Of a stretch of DNA of 64,000 nt, positions 50,980-63,634 are shown in pieces (the first letter of the stretch is position 1; each line of letters begins with the position of its first letter). Source of the DNA: Octopus sinensis (taxonomy: Eukaryota); NCBI RefSeq assembly GCF_006345805.1, contig NC_043003.1, forward strand, positions 78,182,001 through 78,246,000. The letters are read 5' to 3'. The notes beneath the pieces are model-generated. The model had not been told where the DNA came from and made no database searches. It saw nothing but the letters and a program-made list of their open reading frames with translations. The position numbers were made by a program, and so were the translations under genes.

Positions 50980-51422
50980 AGGTGGCAAGCTGGCAGAATC
51001 ATTAACATACCAAACAAAATGCTTAGTGGCATTTCTTTTGGTTTTTATTCTGCGTTTAAGTTACACTGGGGTTGACTTTGCCTTTCATCTTTTTTATGGG
51101 GAGGAGGTTAATAAAATAAGTACCAGTTCAGCACTTGGGCTGATGTAATCAACTATACCCCTCCTCTAAAATTGCTGGCCTTGTGTCAAAATTTGAAACC
51201 ATTATTGTAAGGGGATGGATTGGCAGAATCATTAGAGCATCAAGCAAAATGCTTTGTAATATTTGTTCTGGCTCTTTATGTTCTGAGTTCAAATCCTGCT
51301 GAGGTCAACTTTGCCTTTCATTCCTCTGGGGTCAGTAAAATGCCAGTCAATTACAGAAGTTGATCGTATTGATAAACACCCCTCCACTCAAAATTGCTGG
51401 CCTTGTGCCTAAATTAAAACCA
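50980..51422 (+). mobile_element. Two tandem SINE copies (third family)
   Basis: ggcagaatcatta...ttctgagttcaaat...gtcaactttgcctttcat...gctggccttgtg; related copies at 17460-17670, 33470-33630 and 62510-62610. Confidence 0.75.
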
Positions 51423-53078
51423 TTATTTTTATTATTTTCTACCTTTATTTTTATTATCTTCTACTATAGAAAAAAAATACTCTGGTAACCAATAATTTTT
51501 GTTTTGCTCAACAAAACGGGTTCTAAGATGAAATATGCTGACTAGTTCTAAAACTTTTCTCCTTTTTATGTCATACTTTTCACATTATTGTGTGTTGTTT
51601 TGTAACTTTCTCTCAGATCTGTTTATTTTTATCATTATTTCGATGTAAAATTAAAAATTTTATCCAATTAAGTAATTTATGTCAAAGCTTCTCTTTGGCT
51701 CCTTTCTGAGAATTATTTTGATTTTTAGATTTATTTATAGCCTTCTACACATACAATATTAGATTTTATTTAATAATTATAGAATTATTTGTAAATTGTT
51801 GCTGTTTTTTATTGGTTTATTCATTCATTTCTTTAATATTCAATTTCAGCCAAATATTTAATTATATTCCTTAACTCTTTAGAAATGGAATGCATTTGAA
51901 AAAGCACAAAAAGCTAGGTTTCACTTTTATCCCATGTATTCTTAATTATTTCTTGCAAAGATTTAGATCCTTAAATTTAACCAATAACTAAACAACTATG
52001 GAAATATATGTAGGATTGTTTGACCCTATTAAAATAATTTATTTCTTGAATCATTACGAGGGAAATGTTTTGAAATTATCTCCCGTCTTTTGTCAGTTGT
52101 AATTATTAGACAGTATTTCTTTGACTTGGATTTCATAATACTTGAAATTAAAAAAAAAAAAAGTGCCTTGTTGTTCTTCCATACAATTATAATCTAGAAT
52201 ATGAAGGCAACGTGTATATGATGTCTCCATACCTCTTTTGTATTATTATTCCGTCCAAGGCATACATGACATAATAATGTATGTATTTGTGTGTATGTAT
52301 ATATTTGTATTTATGTGTGTATATATGTATATATTTGTGTCATGTGTATGTATATATATATATATGTATATATATATAAAATTTTCGAAACAAAATTTGT
52401 AAATTGATTTTATGCAATGGCCATTTAAGTCATTTCCAAGTTTACTTACATCTTCCTCAGAGTTTTACTTTATCAATTATTTGATTCTCTTGACTTCAAT
52501 AATTAATATGGGATTAGTGTCTTCAGCTATTTTCCCTCAGAGATTCTCTTACTTATTTGATATGATGTTCGTTGAATTTTAATTATGATATTAAGTCATC
52601 TCTTGTTTAAATATTAGAAATAGTATTTTATCAGTAAATCAAATTTAATCATTTTCAATATTTTATTTTTCTTCTTGCATGATGGCTGACTTACAATCCA
52701 TTGTAAACATTTTCTATAGTTAGTTCATGTATGTAAAAAGTCTCACACATTTACTATTGTTATTATTATTCTAAAGGAACTTATATCTTAGTCCATACTA
52801 GAATTAGGATAAAATTGAGAAAAACTTAGTTTACTTTCCTCTATATCTGAGTTATATTCTCTAGAGCTCAGAATTATTAACCTCGAACCTGTAATATACA
52901 TTCCACTTGGGTCATTTTTTTTTTTTTTTTACCTAAAACCTCCTGAATTAAAAGGGATCTCATTTGTTGTACAGTTGCAGCTGAACAGACATTAAAGATA
53001 TGTAAACTGAAGTGTTATTTCTTCTTTCTTACAGAAGCTTTTCATTTTATTTTGTCTGTTAACAATATTTGTTATGTA

Positions 53079-53084
53079 AATAAA
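53079..53084 (+). terminator. Candidate distal polyadenylation signal of KIF21 (AATAAA with T-rich downstream element)
   Basis: AATAAA followed by ctgtcttgttttgattttt; more proximal AATAAA at 47452 and about 50291 are alternatives. Confidence 0.35.
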
Positions 53085-53900
53085 TACATTTTGAACTATT
53101 CTGTCTTGTTTTGATTTTTAACCATTTTACTTAGTTATTTTTTTTTTAGACTCAATCCTTTTTTTTAAACTAATCTGGATGCTATATTATTATTAAACTG
53201 ACTGTCCTTATCATTCAACAAACCCAAGTACTAAAACTTGAACCTGTACTCAAACACATCAAAGCATGCAGTTATGTCCTCTATATAATACTATAACTCA
53301 GTGATTGTTGTATATGAACAAATGTTCATTTGGTAAATAGTCTACTATCCTAATCAATTAGACATTGTGTGTCTTATTAATCACTATATTTCACATCATT
53401 ATTATTTCATATGCTCACACATCCAAGATGGTTATATCTCCCTAATATAATGAAGTGTTGCTAGTCTTAGTATATCATCCCATCTGTAAGACCAAACTTT
53501 TTGAAATAAATAGTATTTGTTTTGAAAATGATAGCATGTATTGAACAAGACTGCTGTTGTGTCAGCTCTATGGCATAATGGAAGTTGAGTTAGTGACACA
53601 GTACAACCCATAGGTATAGTGTCCTAGTTACGCTAGTATTTACTTGGTTGGGAACAATACTATTCACTCTGATATGCCATGATTAGTTGTGTAAGGTGAA
53701 GTGAGACAATCTGAGAATTTTGTACTTTACACCTAGATCCTGGTGATGGTTTCACATTGGTATTACTAAAAGAAAAAAAAAAGCATCAGAGGGGTGATAC
53801 ATACCTTGTGTGCAGATAATTTTTTTTTTTCACAAATTATTGTGTGGCTTACAATGTGTTGCTTGCCCATGCTTTTAAATCGAACTGAATTTTTTTTTTT

Positions 53901-54480
53901 AAGTATCACCATTATAGGTATTTATATTTTGGTGAAATTAAGAAATCAAATCGTAAATAAATGAAACCACCACTGTACATGTGCGCACACACAGTCGCAT
54001 ATCTATTTATGCATTCTACATTGTATTGTCCCCACTGTGTTTGACCTTGCGTAGCTAATAAAAAAAAAATGTATGTATGTACTCACATGTCTACATGCAT
54101 AGGTACACCATGATCTATACACATACAGGCGAGGGTCGATTCATATGAAAAAGAGTGATCAAAATAATGACCTTGCTTATTGGGAAATTTAAGTTTGATT
54201 TTTAAAAATTTTGTTTTCTTAAGTATCACCATTATAGGTATATATAACCCAGTGAAATTAAGAAATCAAGTTGTAAATAAACGAAACCTTTGAATCCATC
54301 ACTACACACACACACACACACATATCTATGTATGTACTCACATGTGTCTATGCACATAAGTGCACTATGGCTTATGCACATGGTGGTCGATTCATATGAA
54401 GAAAGTGAACAAAACACTATGATCACTTTCTTATTAGGATATTTGTTCGCTTGATTTTTTCTTCTCCATTAAGTATCACC
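53901..54480. repeat. Diverged tandem repeat (units 320 and 250 bp, third unit truncated)
   Basis: aagtatcacc at 53901, 54221 and 54471; shared internal ggtcgattcatatgaa. Confidence 0.88.
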
Positions 54481-55560
54481 AAATGTTCATTTCAAGCCAT
54501 TCACCCACTGAGTATTTCTGCCAAATGTGGTGAACATCTGTTTTCCAGTAATTTTGGAAGCAAACAGACCAAAGACAAGCAATTACAATACCCTGCTTTG
54601 CCGTTCAAGAATTTGGACCCGGAGATCTCCATTTCCAGCAACTTTGAGGGCCACCTCCCAGTGGTATCGGGCGCCAACGAAGAGCCCTCGACTACAACAA
54701 GACGACCAAAGTTTAGAAGTTTGATAAGGATAGTGGAGTAGTTCTGTGTATGTTTATTGAGATTAATGGGAGGTGAACAATGAATTAACTTATTGGATGG
54801 AAAGTGATCAAATAAGAGTTTTCCTTTAGTATCTCTACATGGTGGTGAGAAAATTAGTATAGAGAAAGAGTTTTAGAGAAGTTCTGTTTTGCATTTTGTA
54901 AGGGAAAAATGGAGTAGCATACAGTGTCTATTTGTAGGTGGCTGAAGAGTGATGGATTGGAGGATTCTGTAAAATTGGTAAAGACACTTTTAATAAAACA
55001 CTAGAGGATCTAATAGCAAAGCAAAAAGTGTGAGAGTGCTTTTTTTTTTTGACATACACAAAGGAATCCTTTCATTTGTTTGATATTCATTTTAAAAGCC
55101 TTACAAGTGGTGAATAAATAAATATCTACTTAAAGGTGGGTGACTTTTTTTCAAGTATTGTAAATTGGCTATATGAGATAATCCTGTGATTGAATCACTT
55201 GGCAATTTTGGTGTTGTAGGGAATTGGTTGAGTGAGAGATATGGAGAGAGACCTACGAAGGATATTGTTGATCCCACTCATTCAGCAATCTTGGATAAGT
55301 TGGAAGTGAAACCTATTTGCTTTGTTTGTTTCATAGAAATGACTAATTGGTTTACTTGAAGCTGAGGTTGTATAATTTGAAGATGAGGTGAAACAGAATA
55401 TTATTTTCTTTTCTTTATCTCTTTCTTACCAAAGAGATTCATAGGACTTTGAGTGAATGTTTGAGCCATAAATAACAGTATGCCAACTTTTGCCCACATC
55501 TATATTGTTCAAGTGTTGCAGTATAAAGAGTATTCACATAACTCTGAAAATTAAACAAAG
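54481..55560 (-). mobile_element. Highly decayed LINE-like segment (possibly CR1 3' region)
   Basis: Composition shift and weak similarity to the CR1 ORF2 C-terminus; many stops. Confidence 0.4.
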
Positions 55561-57775
55561 TTTTCAACATAATTTCAGTATGTTCTTTCTTGACAGGTTA
55601 ATTAATTTATTACCTACTAACAACAGTTAGTAAAAATCTGTACATAGCAGAATAAGTTACATCTTTGTGATTAAACTATGTGTGCATGTGTAAGATACAA
55701 AAATTAATCACTTCAAAGCATGTATGTATACAGATGTCCACACTCTGTAGGGTCTTCTAGTAAATGACTGGATCTAATTTCTTGAACAAAAATGGTTCTT
55801 TATATTGGGAAAATGGGCTCCAGAAGGTTTTTCATAAAAAATGAAATGGGCTAATAGTGAATGACCTGATTGGTTGAAAATAGCTACAAGAATTGTTACA
55901 TGAGTTTACCATTTCTTTGCTGTATTCAAATAAGAGTTATCAAATGATATATATTTTGAACTGCTCCTAAACTGATATTGTGAAAACCACAAATGAATGA
56001 AATCAAACTGACTGCTTGTATGCAAGCAACAGTCTATATCTTTAGATACATGTGCACACATGTATCTGTGTGTGAAAGGGACAAAGTTAGTGAGAAACAC
56101 AATTCAAGAGTTACCTAATATATTGTCATCATCATCATCATTTAATGTCCACCTTCCATGCTGGTGTGGAGCCAGCCAAGACAGAAGCCTGCACCAGACT
56201 TCTATGACTGGCAGGATTTTTACAGTTGGTTACCCTTCCTAACACCAATCACTCAGCAGAGTGAACTTAGTGCTTTCTACATGGCACAAGCATAGGTGAG
56301 ATCAGTTTTGGCAAGGTTTTTACAGTTGGATGTCCTTCCAAACACCAACCACTTTACAGTGTGGACTGGATGCTTTTTAAGTGACACCTGGACTGACAAA
56401 TCTTTTGAGAGGGAAGGGACTGTTGGAGGAGGTGATCTTGTGTAAGATGATGAAAGATTATAGTGAAACAGAAAGACAAAAACAGGTATATTGTTGTAGA
56501 GGAGGTACAAGGTTACTCAGCTGGAGAGATCAGGAATGAGGACAAAATAGGTGTACTGTTGCAAAGGAAGTACATGGTTACCAAAGGGAGATACATGGTT
56601 ACCCAATCTGAGGGAAATGCAAGAGGAGAGAGAAAGAGTGGGAGACAGCAGGATAGAGATGGTGGCAAAGTGCCAGGCATACTTACAAGGGACAGGGATC
56701 AGAATATAAATGGGATGGTTGAGTAAAGGCAGAGAGAGATAGATGGTGGTAAGTGCCCTTGAGGTTCGAAGGTCATAATGTAAGTGGCAGGATATTGCCA
56801 CAGAAGCATGATTAGAGAGTTGGTGAGAAATGAGTGGTAAAAACTTAGGTGTATAGAGGTGGGGGGGACTTCTGGATAGCAATGATACAGAGAAATGGGT
56901 CTGTGAGGACAGGATTGAAGAGAGGTAAGCATAGTGCATGAAGGAGAAAATGTAAGTAAGTGATGTAGATTGGTTTGTTGGGATAGGGTATGTGAAAAGT
57001 TTTCTTGTTACATGAAGACGGAACACAGATCAGGGGCTAGCAGATAGCAATGATACAGGGCCAAAAGGGCAGAATTGGGAGTGGGATATATCTATGTATT
57101 TAAAAAGAGTCTGCTGCTCAGTTTCCATTTACCAAATCCCACTCAAGATTTTGGTCAACCCAAATCTTGCTCAAGGTAATATAGGATTGAACTAGAACCA
57201 TATAATTGCAAAGAAACTTTAACCACTCAACCATAATAGTCCCAAACTTTTATGGAAGTATATTGAAAATGTCTGCTAATACTAAACAAAAATATTCATT
57301 TAAAAAAAAACAAAAGTTAAAATAACAAATGACAAAAAAATTCTTTAGGCAAAAATAAATTAAAAACTTTATTGTATGTCTAATAAATAACTCTATGTTA
57401 AAATTAATGAATTAAAAGAAATTACAATATATAAATATAAATTCTGACACATTTATACATTTAAAATATATTTGAAAAAGCAGTAATAACCTTTAAAAGC
57501 TAAAAATCATACTTTCTTTTAAAATTTTCGAAAGAAATAGTTTCATATCTTCTATTTGTAATAATTTATTGATATATTTTCACTCATTTTTAACATTTAT
57601 TGATCTAAAATTCTAAACAATTTTATTCATGCATTTATTTGATCATTTTGTGGTTTTGTAACGAAAATAGTTATTTCTTCGAAATTTTAAGTTTTATGAC
57701 CAAATTTCTAAATTATAAAATATACAAAATTTTCCACCACTTCCAGCAACTGAAATCTATTTTTTATTGTTTATT

Positions 57776-57890
57776 TTAATGGCTGCTAAAATTGACTTTC
57801 CTTTTTAGATATGTGAAATATGGTTCCAAGAATTGGTAAATCAAACGTTTTCCTCCAACACGTTTAAGGATTCTCTTCGGATAATAATGT
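57776..57890 (-). CDS. ETS-domain transcription factor, last coding exon (R-HYYPKRILKRVGGKRLIYQFLEPYFTYLKRKVNFSSH*)
   Basis: ttttgcag| acceptor in phase 2 completes the ETS motif YY..RIL.RV.G.RL.YQF; TAA at 57778-57776. Confidence 0.92.
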
Positions 57891-58294
57891 CTGCAAAAGA
57901 AATTAGAAAAAAATTGATTCAATGATGGTCAATTTGTAATACATTGTTTTTACATTCAAGACATTTTTAAAATTATAATTATGAATATGAAAATATATCA
58001 TTACAGAGCTTCACTTACTTGTTGAAGACTTTTATTTAGTGTCCATTTTTGCAGTTAATATTTTAAAATCCAGCTCATAGAATGTTGAAGCTGTTCAAGG
58101 AATAAAAAGCTCTGAAACCCAATACCTCAAGAGCCACACACAGTTTTTTGAGAGCTACATACAACTCACAAGCTGTAGTTTGACTATCATTGTTATAATG
58201 CATCACTCTCTTATAGTCAATCCAGTTATTTACTTTTCTTTTTTAAACCTTTTTATGACACATGGTGTTTTGGTATGTGTGGCAAAAAGACCAA

Positions 58295-59210
58295 AATTTT
58301 TTTCCTGCTGAGATTGAAAGTGATGGGACTTGTAAAAGACAAAGGATGAAGTGTCTTAGATGTCTTGCAAACAACTTGCACATGCAAGTGCTACCAGTCA
58401 AGAACTCCACATACCGGAAGCTAGCAAGTGTATGGGGTCATCAGGAGAGAATGCACACCGTTTTGGGGCCTCCCTTTCAATGGCATCAATGTGCACCTCC
58501 CCCCAGTCACTGATATGAGGCTCTGCTTGCTAGATCAACTGGTTATTAAATAAAGCTCACTATTTCTCTAGCCATTGCTCATCGTCTCTTTTTAACCAAA
58601 TCCAGTGGGTAGCTTTCTCCACTGCAGTTTGGATATCGGTCATGGTGGTAATAACTTTAGGCCTAATAATAACAACAGTCATCTCACACTATGTCCAACA
58701 AACCCTCTACATCCGATTTCGATTGGAAAATGCTCTGCTTTCCAGCCTGCATCTTCACATTCCTCAAGGAGGTTTACATAACGGTCAATCTTTCGAGCCT
58801 GAGTGGCGTCCATGTCATCTTCATGAGGAACCATTAACTCAACTAGATTTACAACTTTCCTTCTTTCACACCACATCAAAATGTCCAGTTTTTATGTAAC
58901 TGGGATGGGAAAGAATCCATGGCACCCAGGTGAATCTGCTGTCACTTCCCAATAGCCGTTCCACTTTTCATCTCTCACAGGAAGTTTCTTGTTCTTGAAA
59001 CGGATCCACTGACCTGAGCACATAAAGGTAACGAAATCTCTAGTTGGCACTTTCAACGTTTTTTTCTCAGTGTTGTTGAGATGAATCTTTATAGCATTGA
59101 AGATAACCTTAAGGACCAAGTTGTGTCTCCATCTATACCTGTTCAATGCTAATGAACAGTTGGAAAGAATATGTTTCAGTGTTCCAACCTTTTCGCATTT
59201 GCATATGACT
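58295..59210 (-). mobile_element. 5'-truncated RLE-type non-LTR retrotransposon, HERO-clade-like
   Basis: CKCEKVGTLKHILSNC zinc knuckle, RYRWRHNLVL, LVELMVPHE...RKIDRY...CEDAGWKAEHFPIEIGCRGF, then AVEKATHWIWLKR after frameshifts. Confidence 0.85.
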
Positions 59211-60100
59211 TAGTATGTAAAACTATATATATATATATTATGAAAGCTTACAAACAGTATAATACATTTATCACAATAAGAAAACCTAAGACAACAATAA
59301 ATATGTAAATAAATAAAATAACAAGCATAAATGTTTCTGTGAAAAGACAAAAATATGTACTGAAAGACGATCCCTGACTGGCTTTTTACACTTTGAAACC
59401 AACCATTCACAACATTTGTTTCATCAGGCCAATGGATCAGGCTCAAAGTCCTTTCAACTTGTCTACTTTGGGTTGATCAATTGACCCAGGTATCCCAAGA
59501 GGGTCAAACAGGTATGATCTGCAAGACATCTAAGGCTGGAAACATTACCACTTTGCTTTGCTTTGCTTTCATCTTGTATTCTTTTTATTGTTGTACAGCA
59601 GTAAATTGCGACCATATCGTGACACTGCTTTCAAAGGTTTCCTTCAATCAAGTACTTATTAAAGTCTGGTACTTATTTTATTGATTTCTTTTTATCAAAT
59701 CGCTAAGTTACTTTTCAAGACTACAGTTTAAAAAATGTTTGTTTTAAATTTAAAAGCTCAGTAAACCTAGTTAGACATGGACAGTCACATACACACAAGC
59801 ACACACAAATATATATATGATTTAATAATCATCTTTCCAAAGTTCCTCTTTGGGTATCTGCTACCAGATATTATACTGTATGACTTCTTTTTCTGGATAT
59901 ACGTGTGGAAATCTACAAGTATCCATAATGTATATACAAAAGAATTTTAATACAATGGAATGAAAAGGATGCAATTGTTTCAGTGCCTTATTATCAGGTG
60001 GTAATTGCTGAATGTTGCATATAGTGTTAAATAAATGTATGTATGTATGTATTCATAAGGGTGCATGGAAGTAAATCTTCTTGGTTTAATAATCTCTTAA

Positions 60101-60314
60101 CCCCTTCATTACCAACCTGGCTGAAACTGGCTCTGATTACAAATGTCTTGTTTTCATAAGTTTTGAATTAAAATCTTCCACCAAACCTTAGTCACAATTT
60201 ATGTTCCTAATACTAGCTTAATGATAACCAAGTTGTTTTAATAAATTCTTTGTTATATTTAAAGTAATTGAAAGAAACACAGAGCATCTCAAAATAAATA
60301 CAGTAGTAAAAGGG
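60101..60314. mobile_element. piggyBac-like MITE
   Basis: TTAA|cccctt ... aaaggg|TTAA. Confidence 0.7.
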
Positions 60315-60954
60315 TTAATGACTTGTAAAGCAATTGTGACAAAGCCAGTGACAGTAATGATAAACAGCCAAAATTAAGTCTGCTAGCAGACAAGTTTTGG
60401 TCTCCTGCCATGCTAAGAAAGTGACCATATGCCACTGATTTCCTTTGAAGTGGAACAGTAACAGACACAAGAGACAAGTAATTATTCAAGTTTATAATTT
60501 TACGACATAATTATTTTAGAATGTTTATTTTCCTAAAAATCAAGATAAGTCTGTGATTAAGGAGGTAGTGAATAAGGGTTTTTTTTTAATTTTTTTATTT
60601 CCATTAATTTATATTTGGTATATTTTCTCATTGTATCTCCTTGTATTTCTGTGTTATTCTCTGCTGATAGAATGCTCAAAATAACAGTGGTGTGAGTATA
60701 AAACAAAGAGAGACTAAAGATGATCTAGCAGTGCTTTGGGCCCTACTCACCTGAAGATACACGTGTATACAATTATTGTTTAAATCATATTAATACAATA
60801 ATGTATGTATGTAATGTTCAGCTATTACCAGCTCATAATGATGCACTGAAACAAATTTAGTGGTTTGTAATAAAGCTTATTCATTCCATCTTCTCGTATC
60901 AAAATTCTTATATGTCTGTATATGAATTAAAAGAGTCTATACAGTTTCTGTATA

Positions 60955-61385
60955 GGCGTAGGAGTGCTTGTGTGGTAAGTAGCTTGCTTACGAACGACAT
61001 GGTTCCAGGTTCAGTCCCACTGTGTGGCACCTTGGGCAAGTGTTTTCTACTATAGCCTTGGGCCGGCCAAAGCCTTGAGAGTGGATTTGGTAGACGGAAA
61101 CTGAAAGAAGTGCGTCGTATATATGTGTGTGTGTGTATATATATATGTATGTGTGTGTGTATATATATATATATGTGTATATGTTTGTGTGTCTGTGTTT
61201 GTTCCCCCAACATCGCTTGACAACCGATGCTGGTGTGTTTACGTTCCCGTAACTTAGCAGTTCGGCAAAAAAGACCGATAGAGTAAGTACTAGACTTACA
61301 AAGAATAAGTCCTGGGGTCGATTTCCTTGACTAAAGGTGGTGCTCCAGCATGGCCGCAGTCAAATGACTGAAACAAGTAAAAGTA
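60955..61385 (+). mobile_element. Young full-length SINE
   Basis: gtaggagtgcttgtgtggtaagtagcttgc...ctccagcatggccgcagtcaaatgactgaaacaagtaaaag. Confidence 0.85.
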
Positions 61386-61610
61386 AAGTTTCTGTCTCCA
61401 AAATTTCACTCTCAAGGTGTGGTCAACTCAAAGTCATAGCAAAAGACACTTTTTTTAAAACACTTTGCAGAGAAATTGACTATAGAACCAGGTAGTTGTG
61501 AACTCAAGCACAATTATGTCTATAGCTGGGGAGGAGTTGAAATTTTCAAACTAGTTTTGCCTTTTATACTTTTGCCATAAAGTTGGAATATCCAAGACCA
61601 ATTAATTATA

Positions 61611-62056
61611 TCTATATATATAAAGCTGAAGTTGTCTGTGTGTGTGGCAGGTTTAGTAGCCTTCAGCTAACACTATCTCCGCTGAGACCCTGCAGTGCAA
61701 GTTGAGTATGATAGAAGAAGGCTTGCTCTTCATTCTGTAGAAGAAAAAATTCAAATCAGACCATGTTAAGAACAAAAATTATTTATATCAAAAGTGTGCT
61801 TTAAGTGAACATTTTTCTGGTTGAAATACACCGAAAAAAGGTGATACAGCAATTAAAAAAAATCGTAAAAATTAGGTATTTTCATTGAAAAAAAGCACAT
61901 TTTTGATGTAAATAATTTTTGGTCTACATAATGCAAAATTTTTACTTTTCAAAAAAGATTGAAACTATGTCAAAACTTTGTTAATGCAACATCAAAGTCT
62001 GCCATTTTAAGCACAACTAAAAAACAAACCTGAGCAATGCTGGGCTATACTGCTAG
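61611..62056 (+). mobile_element. Non-autonomous Helitron-type element
   Basis: Inserted between A and T; 5' TCTATATATATAAAG; 3' subterminal cctgagcaatgctggg hairpin and CTAG end. Confidence 0.8.
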
Positions 62057-62169
62057 TTTTTACATAAAAAGATGATTTAAAAACGAAATAATTTAATCTG
62101 CATATTAATGTAACATCTTATTTTTATATATAGAAAGTAGCTGTACTGTAACAAGCTTTATCAACTCAC

Positions 62170-62362
62170 CTTAATGATCTACTTAGTTTTTCATAATTCA
62201 TGTTGTTGTTGTTTTTAGTGAGACCCCAAAGTTTTGCAAACTTTTCTGGATCAATAAATTGGAATGTACCAGATTTTTCATTCTCCCATCGAAGGATTTT
62301 GGGATTAAACAATGAATGTTTAAGGGCTGCGTAAATGAAGGCATACAGTGGCAACAATGACA
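62170..62362 (-). CDS. ETS-domain transcription factor exon (ESE/ELF-like, divergent), main part of the ETS domain
   Basis: Translates LYAFIYAALKHSLFNPKILRWENEKSGTFQFIDPEKFAKLWGLTKNNNNMNYEKLSRSL; tttttag| acceptor, AG|gtgagt donor within the Arg codon of LSRSLR. Confidence 0.92.
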
Positions 62363-63409
62363 CTAAAAATAAGAATTTAAAAAAAACAGAAAAATTACCT
62401 TTAATAGATTTACATAAAGAAAGAATAAAAGATCTAGAACAGCCTTCATTTTCATTTAGAAAATCTTTAATTCATTTAAGTTTAGATTATTCAACAAATG
62501 GTGAGTTGCAAGAATTGTTAGGGTATTGGATAAAATGCCTTATAGTATTTTATCTAGATCTCTGGACTCTGAGTTCAAATCCTACTGGAGTCAACTTTGC
62601 CTTTCATTCTTAAGAGGTCATTTCAAAGCAAAGTGGCAATTCAGGTGGTGGATTGAACATCAGATCAGGTGCCTTGCAGTATTTGTTCTAGGTCTTTGAG
62701 TACTGAATTCAAATCTTACTATGGGTTATTTGGTTGGTAGACAAATAACCTTGGATGCCTCTGATTTGAGAATATCTTGCTCCTTCCCACAAGTTTCAAA
62801 AGCCTTGAAAATGTCATAGACATTGTCTTTCCTCTGGACTGTAACATTACACACACACACACACACACACACTATATAGGAAGGGCATCCAGCTGTAGAA
62901 ACCATGGCAAAGCAGATGGTAGAACTTGGTGCAATCTTCTGTCTTGTCAGCTCCAACCCATGCCAGCATGGAAAATAGCTATTAAAGGCTTATATATAAC
63001 ACGTCCTTTTCTAAGATGGTTGAATGTAATTTGAGGGAAATGGGCTGGTCAAGTGACAATATAGAGGTTCTTTCATTTGGCTCTGGAAAGAATAGAGGCT
63101 CCCTTCATAACTACTCTCATTGGCTTGGGAAACTTAGCTGCACTCATTTGGAGAGAGAGGGAATCTCAGCAATGCAATAAACTTGAATAATGGGATGACT
63201 GAAGAAACTAAGTCTAAGACAAAATATTTTAACTATTTATCTATGTAACTCCTAAAATTTCAAGTTGAAGCTTTACAGGGATGACTATTCTTTTTGTTAC
63301 CCCAAATATAACATGAAAGTTAAAATCTTTTGTTGATGAAGGAATATTTGTTTTAAAAAATATCTCTCTTGTGAAATAAATCTGAGGGTTAAGCTGTGGG
63401 ATGACATCA

Positions 63410-63634
63410 GCAGCTGGGCGCGTTGACCGGAAGTTGGGGCAACTGGAAGGGGCAGCCGTGAGGCGTGCGCAGGGAGCAGTGATTTCGGCCTTTCGAACGA
63501 GGGTCGTCGACGTGTCAAGACGTGGGAAGACGTCGCTAAGGTTGGGTGAAGCAGCTGCTATCTTTAGTGTTCGGGTCGGGGCTGTGTCGAAGGATCCATT
63601 ACCACCGAAGGGTCTCCATCGGAATGAAGAGAAG
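63410..63634. promoter_or_regulatory. CpG-rich patch with a consensus ETS site and a + strand splice donor
   Basis: About 20 CpG in 200 bp; ACCGGAAGT at 63426-63434; AAG|GTAGGT at 63634/63635. Confidence 0.4.

Noticed and set aside
56517-57026. 169-aa minus-strand ORF
   Set aside because: Low-complexity S/L/P/H composition from a purine-biased repeat; no recognisable domain or splice context.
58019-58090. Exon-like segment on the minus strand inside the ETS intron (AG...GTAAGT)
   Set aside because: Stops in all three frames and not needed to complete the ETS domain; at most a poison exon, with no further support.
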